Shown here: one piece after another, positions 1 to 12,800 of the stretch | How positions within the stretch are numbered: the stretch's first letter is position 1 | Layout of the letters: the number at the start of each line of letters is the position of its first letter | Assembly: GCA_011109175.1 (NCBI GenBank) | Contig: RDEW01000020.1 | Location: forward strand, 552,514-616,513 | Length of the DNA stretch: 64,000 nt | Origin: Dicyema japonicum | Lineage: Eukaryota; Animalia; Dicyemida | Direction: 5' to 3' | The notes under the pieces: generated by a model | The model's input: the letters and a program-made list of their open reading frames with translations, nothing else | Database searches by the model: none | Told to the model about the DNA's origin: nothing | Translations under genes and position numbers: made by a program

Positions 1-232
1 TCAGGGGAGAAGTTCAGAGGTCGTCCAAGAATAACTCTTCCGGAAGTCCTTAATGGTGACCTGAGATCAGTAACCAGACTACTAAAGGACGGTGAAGACC
101 TTAGTAGTCTGCGGCACTTGGCATCGGACAGGAGGGGATGGGAAAGGCTAATTAAGAGGATTGTTCAGACGCGGCACGAATAGAATTATAGTTTATATGA
201 TTCTATGTAGTTGCTTATAATAATAATAATAA
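1..232 (+). mobile_element. 3' end of an RTE-clade LINE with (TAA)n tail
   Basis: Frameshifted translation FRGRPRITLPEVLNGDL...LRHLASDRRGWERLI, the typical RTE ORF C-terminus, followed by (TAA)n at ~218-232. Confidence 0.75.
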
Positions 233-269
233 TTACTAATTATTCAATTAGTTCCCGCCAATATAATTA

Positions 270-600
270 ACGTTGCTCTCACGATAACAACAGAGAACAA
301 TTTGACAAGCCACTGGGTCTCACGTACGTCGTGGCTTTTCAGGGCAACCAGAAGTCCCAGTCTTTAGAGAAAATGAAACGATTTCTCCCCTTATTCATCC
401 AGTTATATCAACCACAACGCTATGGAGCGTGACCCAGTCCAAGATCCCTTCGTATTTATCCTTCTTGTCCTTCTCTGTTTCTTTAGCGTTATGTAATGTG
501 TCTACCGCACTCCCGATGATGTTTGAAGGACATAGTCGATACATGTAGCATATCATACCAATGGTTTTCCCTCCTCTAACGGATAGTTAAATTGACCATG
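270..600 (-). mobile_element. CRE-like non-LTR retrotransposon, decayed C-terminal endonuclease fragment
   Basis: Degenerate match to the EGK.LVWD / RF.S..ET.G segments seen in the better copy at 54245-54574. Confidence 0.5.
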
Positions 601-834
601 AATTTGACTAATTACAATTATTTAACTATTCAACACAAAATATAGCTGTGAACTAAGTAAACTAAGTGCTAGTAATTAATAATTTTCATGTGTTCCTCAA
701 GATAGATATCCTTACTTTCGAAATTAGGCAGACCTTCTACAGAAACGGTCATATATTCAATGTTCCCTTAATCTATTAATTAACATTGAATGAAAAATTG
801 CAAAGTTTACTGATAAACATTTATTATTTATTTT

Positions 835-1070
835 ATTATTAACCCAAAAAAACCAATGTTAATTTCTTGAAATTAATTAGTTGATCCCGACAATCCTGAT
901 GAGCTTTCTTAGCTTCTCCCGATGTTGGACTTTTGACCCAACACAGTCACGGTACGGGCGGGGGACAGTGTTCGTGAGAAAACCAACTGGGGTGATGTGC
1001 TTTTGGAAACTGATTGACACAGGACGGTCTGTCGACGACAGGTCCTGCTGAAGGGTCCAAAGTTAACTGA
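835..1070 (-). mobile_element. LINE 3'-end fragment ('GIT*' family)
   Basis: Minus strand ends ...GTCGGGATCAACTAA then an AT-rich tail, resembling the copies at 12550-12800, 15505-15835 and 56200-56350. Confidence 0.55.
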
Positions 1071-1324
1071 TAAACATTGTATGGTTAACTGATAAATATG
1101 GTATTTTTGTCAATTAAGTCAAAGTTTTATGTTTATTAAATTAAATATTAAATTTAAATTTATTAAAATTGATGTTGTTTAGTAAGAATATTGTAATATT
1201 TATTAGATGGGAGTATGTAATTCGAAAAAATTACTTAAATTATTTTCTTCAAAGCGTACAGACTCAGCCAAGAATGCCTATTATAGAAATTTTTATAACA
1301 GTATGTTATCATTTACCAAATAGC

Positions 1325-1546
1325 TCAAAAAATCATAAAACGAAGATCTACTGATTGCGTAATTTGTTTGGGCTCTTTCCATATGGGCTCTACTGCAGCC
1401 AGACTTCCCTGTATGTGTCTCTTCCACGTTGAGTAGTCATATTTAATGTATTGAGGTGTATTTGTGGTTGGTTTGATAAAAAGATTAGTTGCCCTCTCCA
1501 TTATGACTCTAAGTTGTCCCAGTTGACTGTCCCTTATGATTAGCAT
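1325..1546 (-). CDS. Possible small orphan protein (73 aa)
   Basis: ATG-initiated ORF in AT-rich context; no recognisable domain. Confidence 0.25.
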   Translation of the reverse strand: MLIIRDSQLGQLRVIMERATNLFIKPTTNTPQYIKYDYSTWKRHIQGSLAAVEPIWKEPKQITQSVDLRFMIF

Positions 1547-1884
1547 ATTTTGTATAATAAATTATATTTATGACTAAACTCTACTAGAGTATTCTGTTTT
1601 ATTGGATTAGTAGTTAACCACGTGCTTTTGTTAACCCACCACACGGATACTCAACTTTTCTGGTTTCCTACAAGATTCTCCTTCCGTGGTCATAGAATGA
1701 TCATGCTGTTTCCGGAGGTGTCTGTTTTGTTCCTATGGGCTGATTATGAGGGACAAGCATCAGCACGTGTCAAAGATTGCTTAAGTTGATTGTTGGGATC
1801 TTCAAAGAAGCACAGGATTCCACGGTTGTCTTTTATTGTGACGATTAAGAGAGGACTATGTTGAGGGTAGACTTTTGAATTAGT

Positions 1885-2110
1885 CGTAGTTATTATTATT
1901 ATTACCCCCAGGATCACTGGGTCAAAGAGAAAGAAATAAAAGGTCTCATCTAACTAAGTGATCCCAGACCGACAAAGGTGAGGACGAGTCCGGCGGGGTC
2001 GAGAATCCTGAACAGCTCTTCTCATTGGACATGGCATCGGCTCAAAATTTCTGTATGATTGTAGATAATTCGATAGTATTTGGAATAGAGGGCAGCTCGG
2101 TAGCCGTAGT
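1885..2110 (-). mobile_element. LINE 3' end with (TAA)n tail; second copy at ~16810-17010
   Basis: CAGGATCACTGGGTCAAAGAGAAAGAAATAAAA is shared by 1909 and 16821; (TTA)n at 1890-1903. Confidence 0.7.
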
Positions 2111-2208
2111 ACTAATAAAGCAAATTATAGAGACCACGTGGATGTTGTAATATGTTTAATGATTATGACATAAATGTGAATATTATTATTTTATAAACAA
2201 ATTTCTAA

Positions 2209-5200
2209 ATGGAATAAATTGTAAATCTGTTGAATGATGTAACTAATGAGTCTGTCCGAATAAAAAGACACGCTGTTAATAGGATATATAGTGGAATACT
2301 CATATCAGCGTTGTCAGAGTATTCTTTAATCGATAAAACCCAGGAATGTGGATTAACGGGACCGAGTTTATTTGTATGGGTGATAACTGGATTATGGCCA
2401 CCACTGTGAGAATGTCATACGCGGAACTGGGGGAGATTATGCGTATTTACAACAAGTCTGTGGAAATATGTTCGCATTTCTATATTAGTGGAATGTTCTT
2501 ATAATAGTAATGTTGTACTCCAGTAAAGGCATTGGCGTTGGAAATATACTCTTCGATCCATTTATAATGAATGTGAGCCTCCCTATTTGTCAATTCTAAT
2601 ATCCACAATGTCCATTATTTAATATTATTTGTATTCGCATTGGCTGTTGATGAGGTGGTGACGTGCCTCGTTTCTTCCTTGTACAACAGTTAAGAAAAAT
2701 GTCTAAAAAGCAGAAGATACAAGAAAATATGCTTGCCCTAAAGCTTCTTACGTTCAATGCTAGAGGAATATCTAAGCCTCAGCCAAGAAATACTCTCTGC
2801 AGCCAAGAAATACCTAAAAGATATAACGTTTCTATTGGCTGTATACAAGAGACGAAATTACGTACTATCTTGATTAAAACCACGGAAGATAATGACTAAT
2901 ATGCCTATTCAGTGACTCAAAACACTATGGTCTTGGATTCGCCATTCACAGAAAACTATCATCTGACATCAGAATGACAGGATCTGTGTAATACAGATCC
3001 GTCTGAACAATCAATGTTCCCCTAAAAATACACTAACAATTATAAATGTATATGCACTACACTGTGGAAGAGTGGCAAAAAACCCGACCGAACTGGATGA
3101 ATTCTACTCAGCATTATCAAAGACGTATAATGAATATGAGTCGTCCTCACTTATATTCATTGCTGGAGATCTAAATGCGAAAATTGGAACAAAAAAGAAC
3201 TCAGAAGATACCTTCATGGGAAGACACGGACGTGGGAAAAGAAAGTTTCCTGGAACCATACTTGGCCATTTCTGCACGGCAAACAAACTGTTCTTGTGTA
3301 ACACCGCATTCTCTCATCATGCATGCCACATAACCACTTGGATGGGCGAACGAAGAAACCCAGATGGAAAACTAGTCCCTATATACAACCAAATTGATTA
3401 TATTATATGCCGGATCAATGACAAACGCTCTCTTATAAACGCACGCTCATACGAAAGTTCAACAACTGTCAGCGATCACAGAATGGTTATTGTCACCTTC
3501 AGCCTGGCGAAACATGGGATCAAACATAACAAACAATAATAATGAGAATACAAGAAATGGATACGGTAAAACTGATCTCTCATACAGTCAAAAATTACCA
3601 AAAATACATCTGCTCTCATCTGAAGGACCTAACAGTAGGAATTTCGTGGGATCGTACAAAGTATATAATAAACGAAGCAGCAAGCCAGTACATCGGCACG
3701 CGGGAGATGGCCAGTAAGGGTCGGACAATACATACAGAACTAGCAAAGGAGTTAAAAAAATCCATACAAAAAAACTAAACAAAAAAGACTATAACAAGAG
3801 AAAAGCCCTTCAGGGGCAGAGGGATCAAATTTGTAGAAAAATCAGGAGACTGAACAAGACACTCCACAAAGAAGAATTACTTCGCGAAATCAATGAAGTA
3901 TCCAAACTAAAAGATAATTCACAAATGTATATGCCCGCTGTTTATTACGCCACACAAACTGGAAGGAACGAATAATCATCAAAGACAAAAATGGCAAGAC
4001 ATTACTGAATACTGAAAAGCGAGCGGGTAATTGCAACAAATTTTGAGAAACTTTTCAATGTGACTACAGCAATCCTCCCATTCAAAGGAAAGCCTATACC
4101 ATTGAAAGAACCAATTATAATTTTGGAAGTAAAAACAGCATGTCAAAAGCTAAAAATAACAGAAGCCCTGGACCAGATACAATAAACCCAGAATTACTGA
4201 AATACGGCCCTGACCCCCTTTTTGAAAAAATCGATACACTAGTAAATGAAATGTTTTCAACTAACTCAACTTTCCTCCTGGGAACGGAATTACTAATACC
4301 TATACAAAAACCCAAAGGACCGGTTGAAAACTTACGACCAATTATATTATCAAATTCTCTACGGAAAGTCTTAGCTAACATTGTATTGGAACGAATATAA
4401 GGACCCGCCTATGACTACCTACCCGAAAGTCAAAATGGGTTCAGAGAAGGAAGATCAACAGCTGATACAGTCTGGAGTCACAGATGGAGATGTGCAACAC
4501 ATCAAAGATGTTGCAATCCCACCCACATTCTGGGAATAGATCTATCAAAATCTTTTGACTCGGTTAACAGGAACAAATTGATGACAGTGCTGGAAGGGTT
4601 TATTGATGAATCGAGTCTAAGAATGATCCAAATCCTTCTATCTAACACAGAGCTCCTTGTGAGAGTTGGAAAAACCTACTCAAGAAAAGTTGAAACAAAC
4701 ACAGGCACTCCTCAAAGAGACTCTTTCTCTCCGCTACTATTCACAATATACTTGGAGGCCGCTATGAGGGAACTGAGACCATTATACCAAGGAAAAATAG
4801 AAGAAGTGATTTGCGCTGATGATGTCGACCTAATTTCTGAAGACAAAGAACTCCTGGAATATGTACTGAAAAAGCACCAGATACACTTAGGAAATGGTTT
4901 CTCACGGTGAACAGGGAAAAAACAGAATAAGAGGAATGAATAACTCTCTCGAAGAAAAATGGAGACACACAAAGAAACTTGGCTCCCTATTAGGAGATAG
5001 TGAAGATATCATACGGAGAAAAACCATGGCAAACTCGGCATTACAAAGGCTGAAAAACCTATGGCTAAAACGGAAAGAGAATAACATAAAACAAAGGATA
5101 ATATTATACGACACCTTTATCAAACCAATCTGGGAGCTGAGCCACTTCAAAAGAGGAATTGGAGAGGCTATACTCGTTTCACAGGAATCATCTAGAAACA

Positions 5201-6450
5201 TAACTGGATTGTCCTGGCCATCCAAAATCTCGCGGAAAGGACTGTACATTAGCTCTCGTTGGAGACTTTTTGGACACGTCCTAAGGTTGGACCCGATATA
5301 CCCCCCCTCCCCCGAATATCGCAATGGAAGATTACTCCTCCTCCAATGTAAAACGCTTTCGTGGATGACCGAGAACAACCCTCCTGGTCGTTTTAAAAAA
5401 CGATCTGAAAGCCGTAAAGAAAACATTGGCATCTGGTGACGATCTGGACTCATTGGGGACCTAGCTAAGAACAGAAGAGCTTGGAGCAAGCTAACTAATT
5501 CTCTTATATTTTTTGCTGCACATGCAAGGCTATAAATATTATGGCTCTCGTGAAAGTGCTAATAATAATTCTCATTGGCTATCACAACTGTTTAGGTGTC
5601 AAACTTTAGCATTATTCATAATTTATTTAAAGCAGGCAAACATTATTATTATCTGTGTCTTTATGTTCTTAGAAGGGATTAGAATTAGCAATAAATAAAT
5701 CCTTATTTGATTTACAAGGTTAATTGGAGTCAAACATCAAGTGACGTTGGTGGAGTTGCAGGGATATTTACATATTCTGGTTGGAACTGTCTCAACTCTA
5801 TCAGTGAGGAAGTAATAAACTCTATGAGTGAATATTTTAATGATTAACCACATAAATGTCCTCCATATTATATTTTTATCAGTTATGCTTATTTATGTGT
5901 TAGTCAACTTTTCTTACTTTGTTGTAATCCCTAAACATTATTTGGTTACCACTAACACAATTGGATTGGTTAGTCATATTTACGTTATCTTACTCATTTG
6001 CTAGTCACGTGTCATAATCACGTGTCCGGCAGTATGATTGGTGGATTCCTATCTTTTTCACGTGCTTTCTTAGCTGCTAAAAAATGGGAATCTTCCACGT
6101 GTGTTCTCCTTAGTGACTATTAATCTGCGAACTTTTGTTGTTCCCTCCTAATCACAGCAATCATTTTTTTATTTCTCTCTCAACGATAGCAACGTTTTGA
6201 CGTTTAGGAAACAATTTTTTGAAGCATTGACAATTTCCACTCAGCTTTATATGAAAAAGTACTACAAAACCTATAAACCACATTTAAAGTTATTTTGAGA
6301 TTATTTTCATTTAAATCTGTTTTATTTAATTTTCTTAATACTCTTGAAATATTTATGTTTGTATCGACATTAAAAGCCAAACCTCTGGCCTATGATTACT
6401 CTCTACTGATTATAATTTGTGGAATTCTAGTGACGATATAAGAAGTTTTT
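2209..6450 (+). pseudogene. SLC7 (LAT/b0,+AT-type) amino-acid transporter pseudogene, interrupted by an RTE insertion
   Basis: Collinear fragments GPSLFVWVITG, MSYAELG, GDYAYLQQVCGNMFAFLY*W, GIFTYSGWNCLNSISEEVIN, LIYVLVNFSYFVV, GSMIGGFLSFSRAFLAA..GNLPRVFSLV match the SLC7 motif order. Internal stops, frameshifts and a damaged acceptor near 5853. Confidence 0.8.
2646..5567 (+). mobile_element. Near-full-length decayed RTE-clade LINE (APE endonuclease + RT)
   Basis: TFNARG, CIQETK, IAGDLNAKIG, NQIDYI, SDHRMV (APE); SPGPD, LRPIIL, GTPQRDSFSPLLF, ADD (RT); (TAA)n tail. 13-bp TSD ATTC(G/T)CATTGGCT at 2633-2645 and 5568-5580. Confidence 0.92.
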
Positions 6451-7029
6451 AACACTAACGCTTACATTGAATGAGTAACGATCTGGCAAAAACGAAGCTA
6501 AAGGAACTAACAACCAATTCAAATCTATCACAACCATGCAGAGTTTTACCGGCTCTGTGAACATAATCTCATTCTTTTGAAGATCAAGATAGAAACCTTG
6601 ATCTGAAGGAATGTATATGCTACTCTAACTACAGGCGTACTAACTGGAGATTTCTTGTGAAAGTATTAAAGTCACCTGCATTACCTCCTTTGAGAATGTG
6701 GTTGTTTATATAGGCAACACTATCTTGATGCAAGAACGATTTCTGTAGCCGAAACATTACTCTAATTCCGTCAGTGGTCGGGACAAATCATCTTAAACGG
6801 AAATATAGCTTCCATTTACCTACCAAGGAAATAAAGTTTCCATGGTTTGAATAACGAAGTTTGCCCAAAAAACTTAAAACTTAGAAAGTAAATTGAATCG
6901 ACAACTCTGCTTTAAAACAGAATCTAACTACCATATAAGTTCGGAAGACTTTCATCATGTTTCCTGCTTTGGATTATCGCATAAACCAACCAAAACTATT
7001 TTATTACGTGGACTTTAAAAATATTTTAA

Positions 7030-7800
7030 TCGAGAATAGAAATCTAATTAACTTTCTTAGTGGTGGGAAGTCTGCGCTAAATATCAAGCCTTCTTCCTAA
7101 ATTACGTCTCTCGGATCATCACTATCCTCCTTTCTGTTCAACTTATTATTGGGTGACCTTCCTATTCATAAGGCGGTAGTTATGCCATCGTAACTTATGT
7201 GGACAAGATTGTGCTAGCCTCACGTGATATGGATATCCAGACTCCATGTCTATTATGCAACAACATATGGATCCACTACATGTTAGGCTGGAAAATAACC
7301 GTTTATCAATCAACCCTGAAAAGTTAACACCATTATCTTTATCTCGACTAAGAAGGAAGAAAACCATTGAAGCTAATAGTAATACCATAATCTCCTTTAG
7401 CAAACAACAAAAATCATGAGAGTTATCTTAGAAATGCATCTGTGCTTTTCGTAGTATATCGATAAGATTAACCTACCCATAAGGCATCATACAGACATAT
7501 AGAGTATTGGATTTAAAAAATGAAAGGCTCATCTGCCAACCTATAAAAAAATTAACGCTGAACTCTTCTCTTAAGAAATCTAGAACGTCAGATTTATTCA
7601 GAACTCTGTGAGTTTGTCCTGCATATTTGAATGGACAAAGGTTTTCATCAATCATAAAGTTAAGTGGAGATATCGTGCAATAGAGGTCATCACCTCAACC
7701 TTACAACTAATTAACATATTGGGTAGTTATGTAAGTTTGCAATCTATACTATATGTTTTTAATAGTTTATCCTATTTTTTATTTCTGACGGTCTTTACTT
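7030..7800 (+). mobile_element. Highly decayed LINE RT/3' region
   Basis: Degenerate G..LSS.LFN..., DKIVLAS, INPEK segments resembling 55463-56206. Confidence 0.5.
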
Positions 7801-8136
7801 TTGAGTTAATTATGGTTTAATAACAATTTATTAACAGTTAAGGAGTTTTCTGGAGGGTATTACATCAGACATCTACCATAACGCTTGGACTCCACACCTG
7901 AATCCTTCCTTTTTTAAATTTTTCATAACGTTTCTCCCATTTTTCTGTATGTGTCCTGGATCTTTGATCTCCTCCTGAAACCGTTGATCCGATCCTCCAC
8001 AATCCTGCTAATCGGTTCTAACAGCTTTGTCTTAGTCCTCGCTTAAACAGTCTTCAGTTTCTTGTTTAAGGAGAACTTAAATGCAGGTATGTCTTCCAGA
8101 TTTTTCACACTTCTTATTCGGAGTGCGCATCATTTT

Positions 8137-8720
8137 TTACCAGAGAGATTTATTTCCACACACCTTCACAAAAGATTGTCTTTTTTGATGATAATTTCTT
8201 GGCCAAACAAATAAATATCTTGAAACACATGCTGATACAAGCTGCTTTAACAACGTTTCATGGCATACACTGTCGAATGCTTTCGAGATATCAAGACATA
8301 ATAAGTTTATTTGTTTTTTGTTATCCCTAACTTTCATGATTTCAGAATTCAGTAGAAAAAACAGTCTGCACGCCCTCTTCCGGACAAAAACCCCACTACT
8401 CCGGAATCAGAAAGTTATTCTCCTCTTTATGTGAAAATGATATGTTCAATCACTTTCGCAAAAGAACATATTAAACTGTATCTTGACGGATCTCTCTTTG
8501 ACTTCCTTCGTTTTAGAATCATCCTCACGACAGCTTTCTTCTATATTAAAGGGAGGTGGCAAAGTCGTAAACACCCATCATAACGACATCGCAGATAGTC
8601 AAATAAAATATCCGGACCCTTTTTGAAAGCTTCATTGATATGTGGTCATATCCTGGAGCATTGACCTTCCATTCTGATAGTTGTCATCACTTCCAAGACT
8701 GTCATCAACAATAGGCAGTT
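8137..8720 (-). mobile_element. Decayed LINE RT fragment
   Basis: LLCLDISKAFDSVCH (RT motif); upstream NAPG.D segment. Confidence 0.7.
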
Positions 8721-8764
8721 CCTTCCATAAAACGTCCACGGAATTGTATCCCCTCGTTATTATT

Positions 8765-9092
8765 CGCCACGTGACGCCACGCCATGTGATGCTACATATC
8801 TAATTGATTGAAGTTTTCTTTTTGTTTTGTCTGTTCATCCCCTTCTTACTAGAGTGCTATCCACTTGTCTCAGGTGGCGCCATTGCAAGGCTGGCATGAA
8901 GAAGGATTATTTGCTCTCCCCTACTATACTGGAGGGGTTTCCACAACTGCAAGGAATTGATGTCTTTTAGCTTTTATGCTGGTTCCGGATGGACTTGTAT
9001 GACGTTGAAGGACTCTGTTTTTGTAACAGTGGGAACTGGATACATTTAATTAGTTATTTACTTCTTTCTCGATGTATGGGGTTAATAAATGT
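8765..9092 (+). repeat. Dispersed repeat, probably the 3' end (Zn-knuckle region) of a LINE; other copies at 20200-20335(-), 26405-26470(+), 48944-49154(+), 57845-58105(-), 63760-64000(-)
   Basis: Shared CTGGAGGGGTTTCCACAACTGCAAG...GGATACA.TTAATTAGTT...GGGGTTAATAAAT. Remnant LCFC....WIHLISC. The 48944 copy has an 11-bp TSD TAGGTTGAGGT. Confidence 0.75.
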
Positions 9093-9530
9093 CTTATGTC
9101 ATAAGAAGCCCGGGTCGTTGATCGGGTTGATCTCTTGAAATCTTTAACTTTTTATTTTTGTTTCAAGATAAACAAAATATCATTATGTCTCTTCCCTAGG
9201 GATTGGGCATTCACTAAACATTTCTTTTCAGTTTATGTGGATGTTCAAACTGTCTTGACCTCCTCTTCAAACTTTTCACAGTAGTAGTTCCTGTAGCTCG
9301 TGGAGAACTGCTAATCTTTACTGTCGAACTTTTCGATCTTTTTGAACTAACTTTTTTGAACCATTTTTTTCCAGCCATCGTCATATCAACCACACCACAA
9401 CCACGTTTTTTATAGTCATAGTAATACCCGGAATATATATCCATGTTACCGTTCCATTTGGCTGTTCATTTGTATGGATTATTCAAATTATATTCACTAA
9501 CAAGTTTAAAATAAAATAGGGTTAGGGTTT

Positions 9531-9790
9531 TGGGATCACTTCACAAAACTTCCTCAAGCAAGTCGAGGTAGAAAAGTTCCACAAGTGTGACCTACTGGCC
9601 AACGAACTTGAGATTATCCATTGCGCAAAAATGAAAATAATCCCTGTGGTCATTAATTAAGATGGAATTGTCTTTAGATTCTTCAAAGGCTACCTGGATA
9701 CCCTCAAGGTCAAGAGAGGGTCAAAGTTTATATACAGACGCTAGTGTTACGAAGATTTAGAGAGTATACAAGCTGAGGAGAGTCATGGAG
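9531..9790 (+). mobile_element. R4/Dong-like (RLE-type) non-LTR element, C-terminal fragment
   Basis: GITSQNFLKQVEVEKFHKCDLLANEL..IH..KMKIIPVVIN.DGIV; homologous to 43991-44221. Confidence 0.65.
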
Positions 9791-10399
9791 TATCGATGTC
9801 TGTTGATGAGGAAGATGACAGGAACTTAGGGTAGTCTTTGAATTTGGGGTATGCAGCGAACACGCCATAAAAGCAATAGGGGTTGGCCCCAAGAAGTGAA
9901 GATTGAGTTAGACGGGCGTTATAAAGAATTACTTATTGTTTGATTAATAAAATTCTAGTAAAGTTAGCAGAATAGTGAAGTTAGAATATTATCGGCAGAA
10001 AAATGTAAAAAACAATTCAATAATGATTCTCATTGTAAAAGTGAAACCATTAATAAAATATACTATGAATATATATTTGTTCAATTAATTATTAAAGAAA
10101 GGTCATTAAAATGTTAGAATGTATTTATGAATAAATTTTATGAAAGAGAATATGCAAATGATTAGACCATATTGCTTGGTATCAAAAATCATTCCAAAAG
10201 TATGATTCATATTTATAATCCATATTTTAATAGATAATGAGTAATTATCGAAATAGTAGGTTGTTGTTGAATAACTAACCTGGCTATAGACTTTCCTGGT
10301 TAAGATTGTAATTTTAAATTGTAAAATAAGCTAATTAATTTTAACTTTTTTATTATTCTAAATTTAATGCAAGTTTTATCGTTATTATATCGAATATTT

Positions 10400-12140
10400 C
10401 TATACCATTTATTATTATTCGTAGACATTAACTTTTTGTTTTTGATATTTGTTAAGATAACCTCCACCCACGTGGTCTTTATCATTCAAATAAATATGGC
10501 AATCCCATCCCGGAGGGCGTCCTGTTCCATAAGGGAACTAATTGACAATGCTGAGAAGCGTTCAACCAAGCACCGTTGTGAGGGGGAGAGGGTGCCAACT
10601 GACAATGCTGAGCAGAAATCTGGAATAATGGTTCGGATGAGAAATTCGTTGCTTGATAAAGAGGGCAGGAAGGATGGAAAAGAAACGTCCACAACAGAAG
10701 TTAGGACGATGTCCCCAAATCTGACAGGTAAGAATGCTTGCATCAATCCAATGTTACCGAAATTTATATTCACAATTTCTTCAAGATAAGAATGTTGAAA
10801 TTCTCTAGGCTTTCAGGAAAGAGGTTGCAAGGAGAGGAAGGTCCCAAAATATTGATCTTGGAATGAAAAATAATTCATCAAGAGAAAAAAGCAGTATGTG
10901 GATCAAGTACATGTTGTTTAACGGTGGCTTCACTAATCTCCGATGGTTTCTTATTAAGAATATGAGGGATAATCTTCGTAAATGGGAGAGCCCATATAAT
11001 AAAGTGTTCCAAATCGGAGAGAAAATACATGATCCTGCATTGTGATTTAAAGAATTCATTATGCGAGAGTCCAGATTACAAATTTCAGATTTACTTACAA
11101 TAATCTCGAGTCCATAACTGCTAAGAATGGGAGAAGTATTCCAAGACTTTTCATAACCGACTCTGAAGATCCACAGATCTATCATCCAAATAACCATCAA
11201 TTGAAAGTCTTCACATACGAACGGGCAGCCTCATCCACTGCCAAAGCACAAAAAGCCAGTCAATGATTTAATGAGACCATCACCAATAACGAGATTGGTA
11301 GGAGTACCTTATGAGATCATAATGTGGATAATTCTTGGGCTCTCCTCAAAACGGTTTCAAGAAGATAATCCTTCTCACCGAATTGAAGGCGTTGGCAACG
11401 TTCAGCTTCACAATAATCGCAGGGTTATCTTCTCTACAATAGTTCACAAAGGAACGAGCGGCAAGAATGGCCGATTCGCACTCTCTCGTGTACGCCCACT
11501 CCGAGTTTTAAAGGTTTCAGTTTGGAAGACAGATCATTGATGATATGCCAGCACGAAAGTTATGAATAAGTTTTCGGAATAGGCTTCCAAGGGCAATAGG
11601 CCTGACTCCGCAATCAAACTTTGTGAAGGGAAACGATAAGGATTAAAAAAGAGTTCACGAGCGATGGGAGGTATTTTCCCGGATGCAAACAGGTTTACAA
11701 GTTTGGTTAACGATGATACAAGGTGAGCTCCCGCCTCAATAGCTAAGAATGACGAAAGGTCACTGATATGGTCAAGGGGTAAACCATCCAAACCCCCGCT
11801 ACTGCCTGGTGAGAAGAATTTGATCGCAGCCATTAATTACATCAGATTCAGTAAATAAATCTGGGAGGGGGAGTCCAATGGGATTTAAAATTCTCTCAGA
11901 TCTAATGAAGAGGGAGGATGTTTATTCTCCAATGTAAAAATTACTTTAGGGGTGATCGAGAGGACGGTCTCGTTGAAAACAATGTCTTAGCTGCTATCCG
12001 GACGTCTCCATCTATTAGCTTGAATCTTGGTAAAATTTCGCTTACTCATCAAAAAATTGGGATTATTGAAGTTCTGATTAATGAAGGTTTATTGTATTCG
12101 CATAACTTCTTTTCCAAACTCAATGATAATTAGGGAATTC
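10400..12140 (-). mobile_element. CRE-like non-LTR retrotransposon RT region, decayed
   Basis: AIKFFSPGSSGGLDGL, KLVNLFASGKIP, NAFNSVR and downstream LRDGIAI; many frameshifts. Confidence 0.75.
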
Positions 12141-12549
12141 TGCAGTGACTATTGGATAACATGAGGGATAACTCTCATTATATACTAATAAGTGTAGATA
12201 TCCACAACCCCTATTAAGAATAATGTAAATGATAGCATGAATAGACAATTATTAAATTGATTTCATTATACATGATTAAAGTAATCACTAAACAATAATA
12301 GTTAATTTTAATAATTCATTCATATACAGTTCCCATGCTCAGACTAAGTGCGTATTGTCCAACCATCACCAATATCAGCCATCGTTTGAGTAGGAATAGA
12401 TATATATTTTTTGGATTCTGGTCAAAAATTGAGGGTCTTTTGAGACAGGTGGATCAATTGAAGCCTCTTAGGATCTGAAGAAGGCATAGAGCAGAATAGA
12501 ATCAATTAACGGTATATAACGGTGTGATATCTAACCCTCAGAGTGATTT

Positions 12550-12800
12550 TATTATTTTTATTTAAAACCAAGACCACGGTAAAACCAAAGCTAACTATCA
12601 CGTGATCCCGATGCGCTCCGCCAAAATCCTCATTCTTTCCCGGTGCTCGTCCCTCGTACCCACACAAGCTCGTACAGGGCGGCTGACTGTATTTGCAGGG
12701 CCACCTTCCCGCATGCCGGAGTTTTGTTTAATGAGGGCCTCCAGAGTAGTCGGTCCGGTTCTGTGTCTCCACAACCCACAGAGTGATAAAAAACCGTACT
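12550..12800 (-). mobile_element. LINE 3' end ('GIT*' family); close copy at 15505-15835; related ends at 26500-26760(+), 30170-30400(-), 41350-41555(+), 62030-62075(-)
   Basis: GGGATCACGTGA...GGTTTTACCGTGGTCTTGG...AAATAAAA terminus; 12570-12775 and 15510-15722 are highly similar. Confidence 0.8.

Noticed and set aside
1062-1103. Short tandem duplication GTTAACTGATAAA
   Set aside because: Simple local duplication at a LINE fragment edge.
4902-5489. Long antisense ORFs (also 10367-10789, 13527-13739, 54583-55026)
   Set aside because: Shadows of retroelement or host coding strands with no motifs of their own.
5955-6101. Cluster of four CACGTG E-boxes and ATTGG boxes as an enhancer
   Set aside because: It translates as SLC7 pseudogene sequence (GSMIGGFLSFSRAF, GNLPRVF), so a coding origin explains it.
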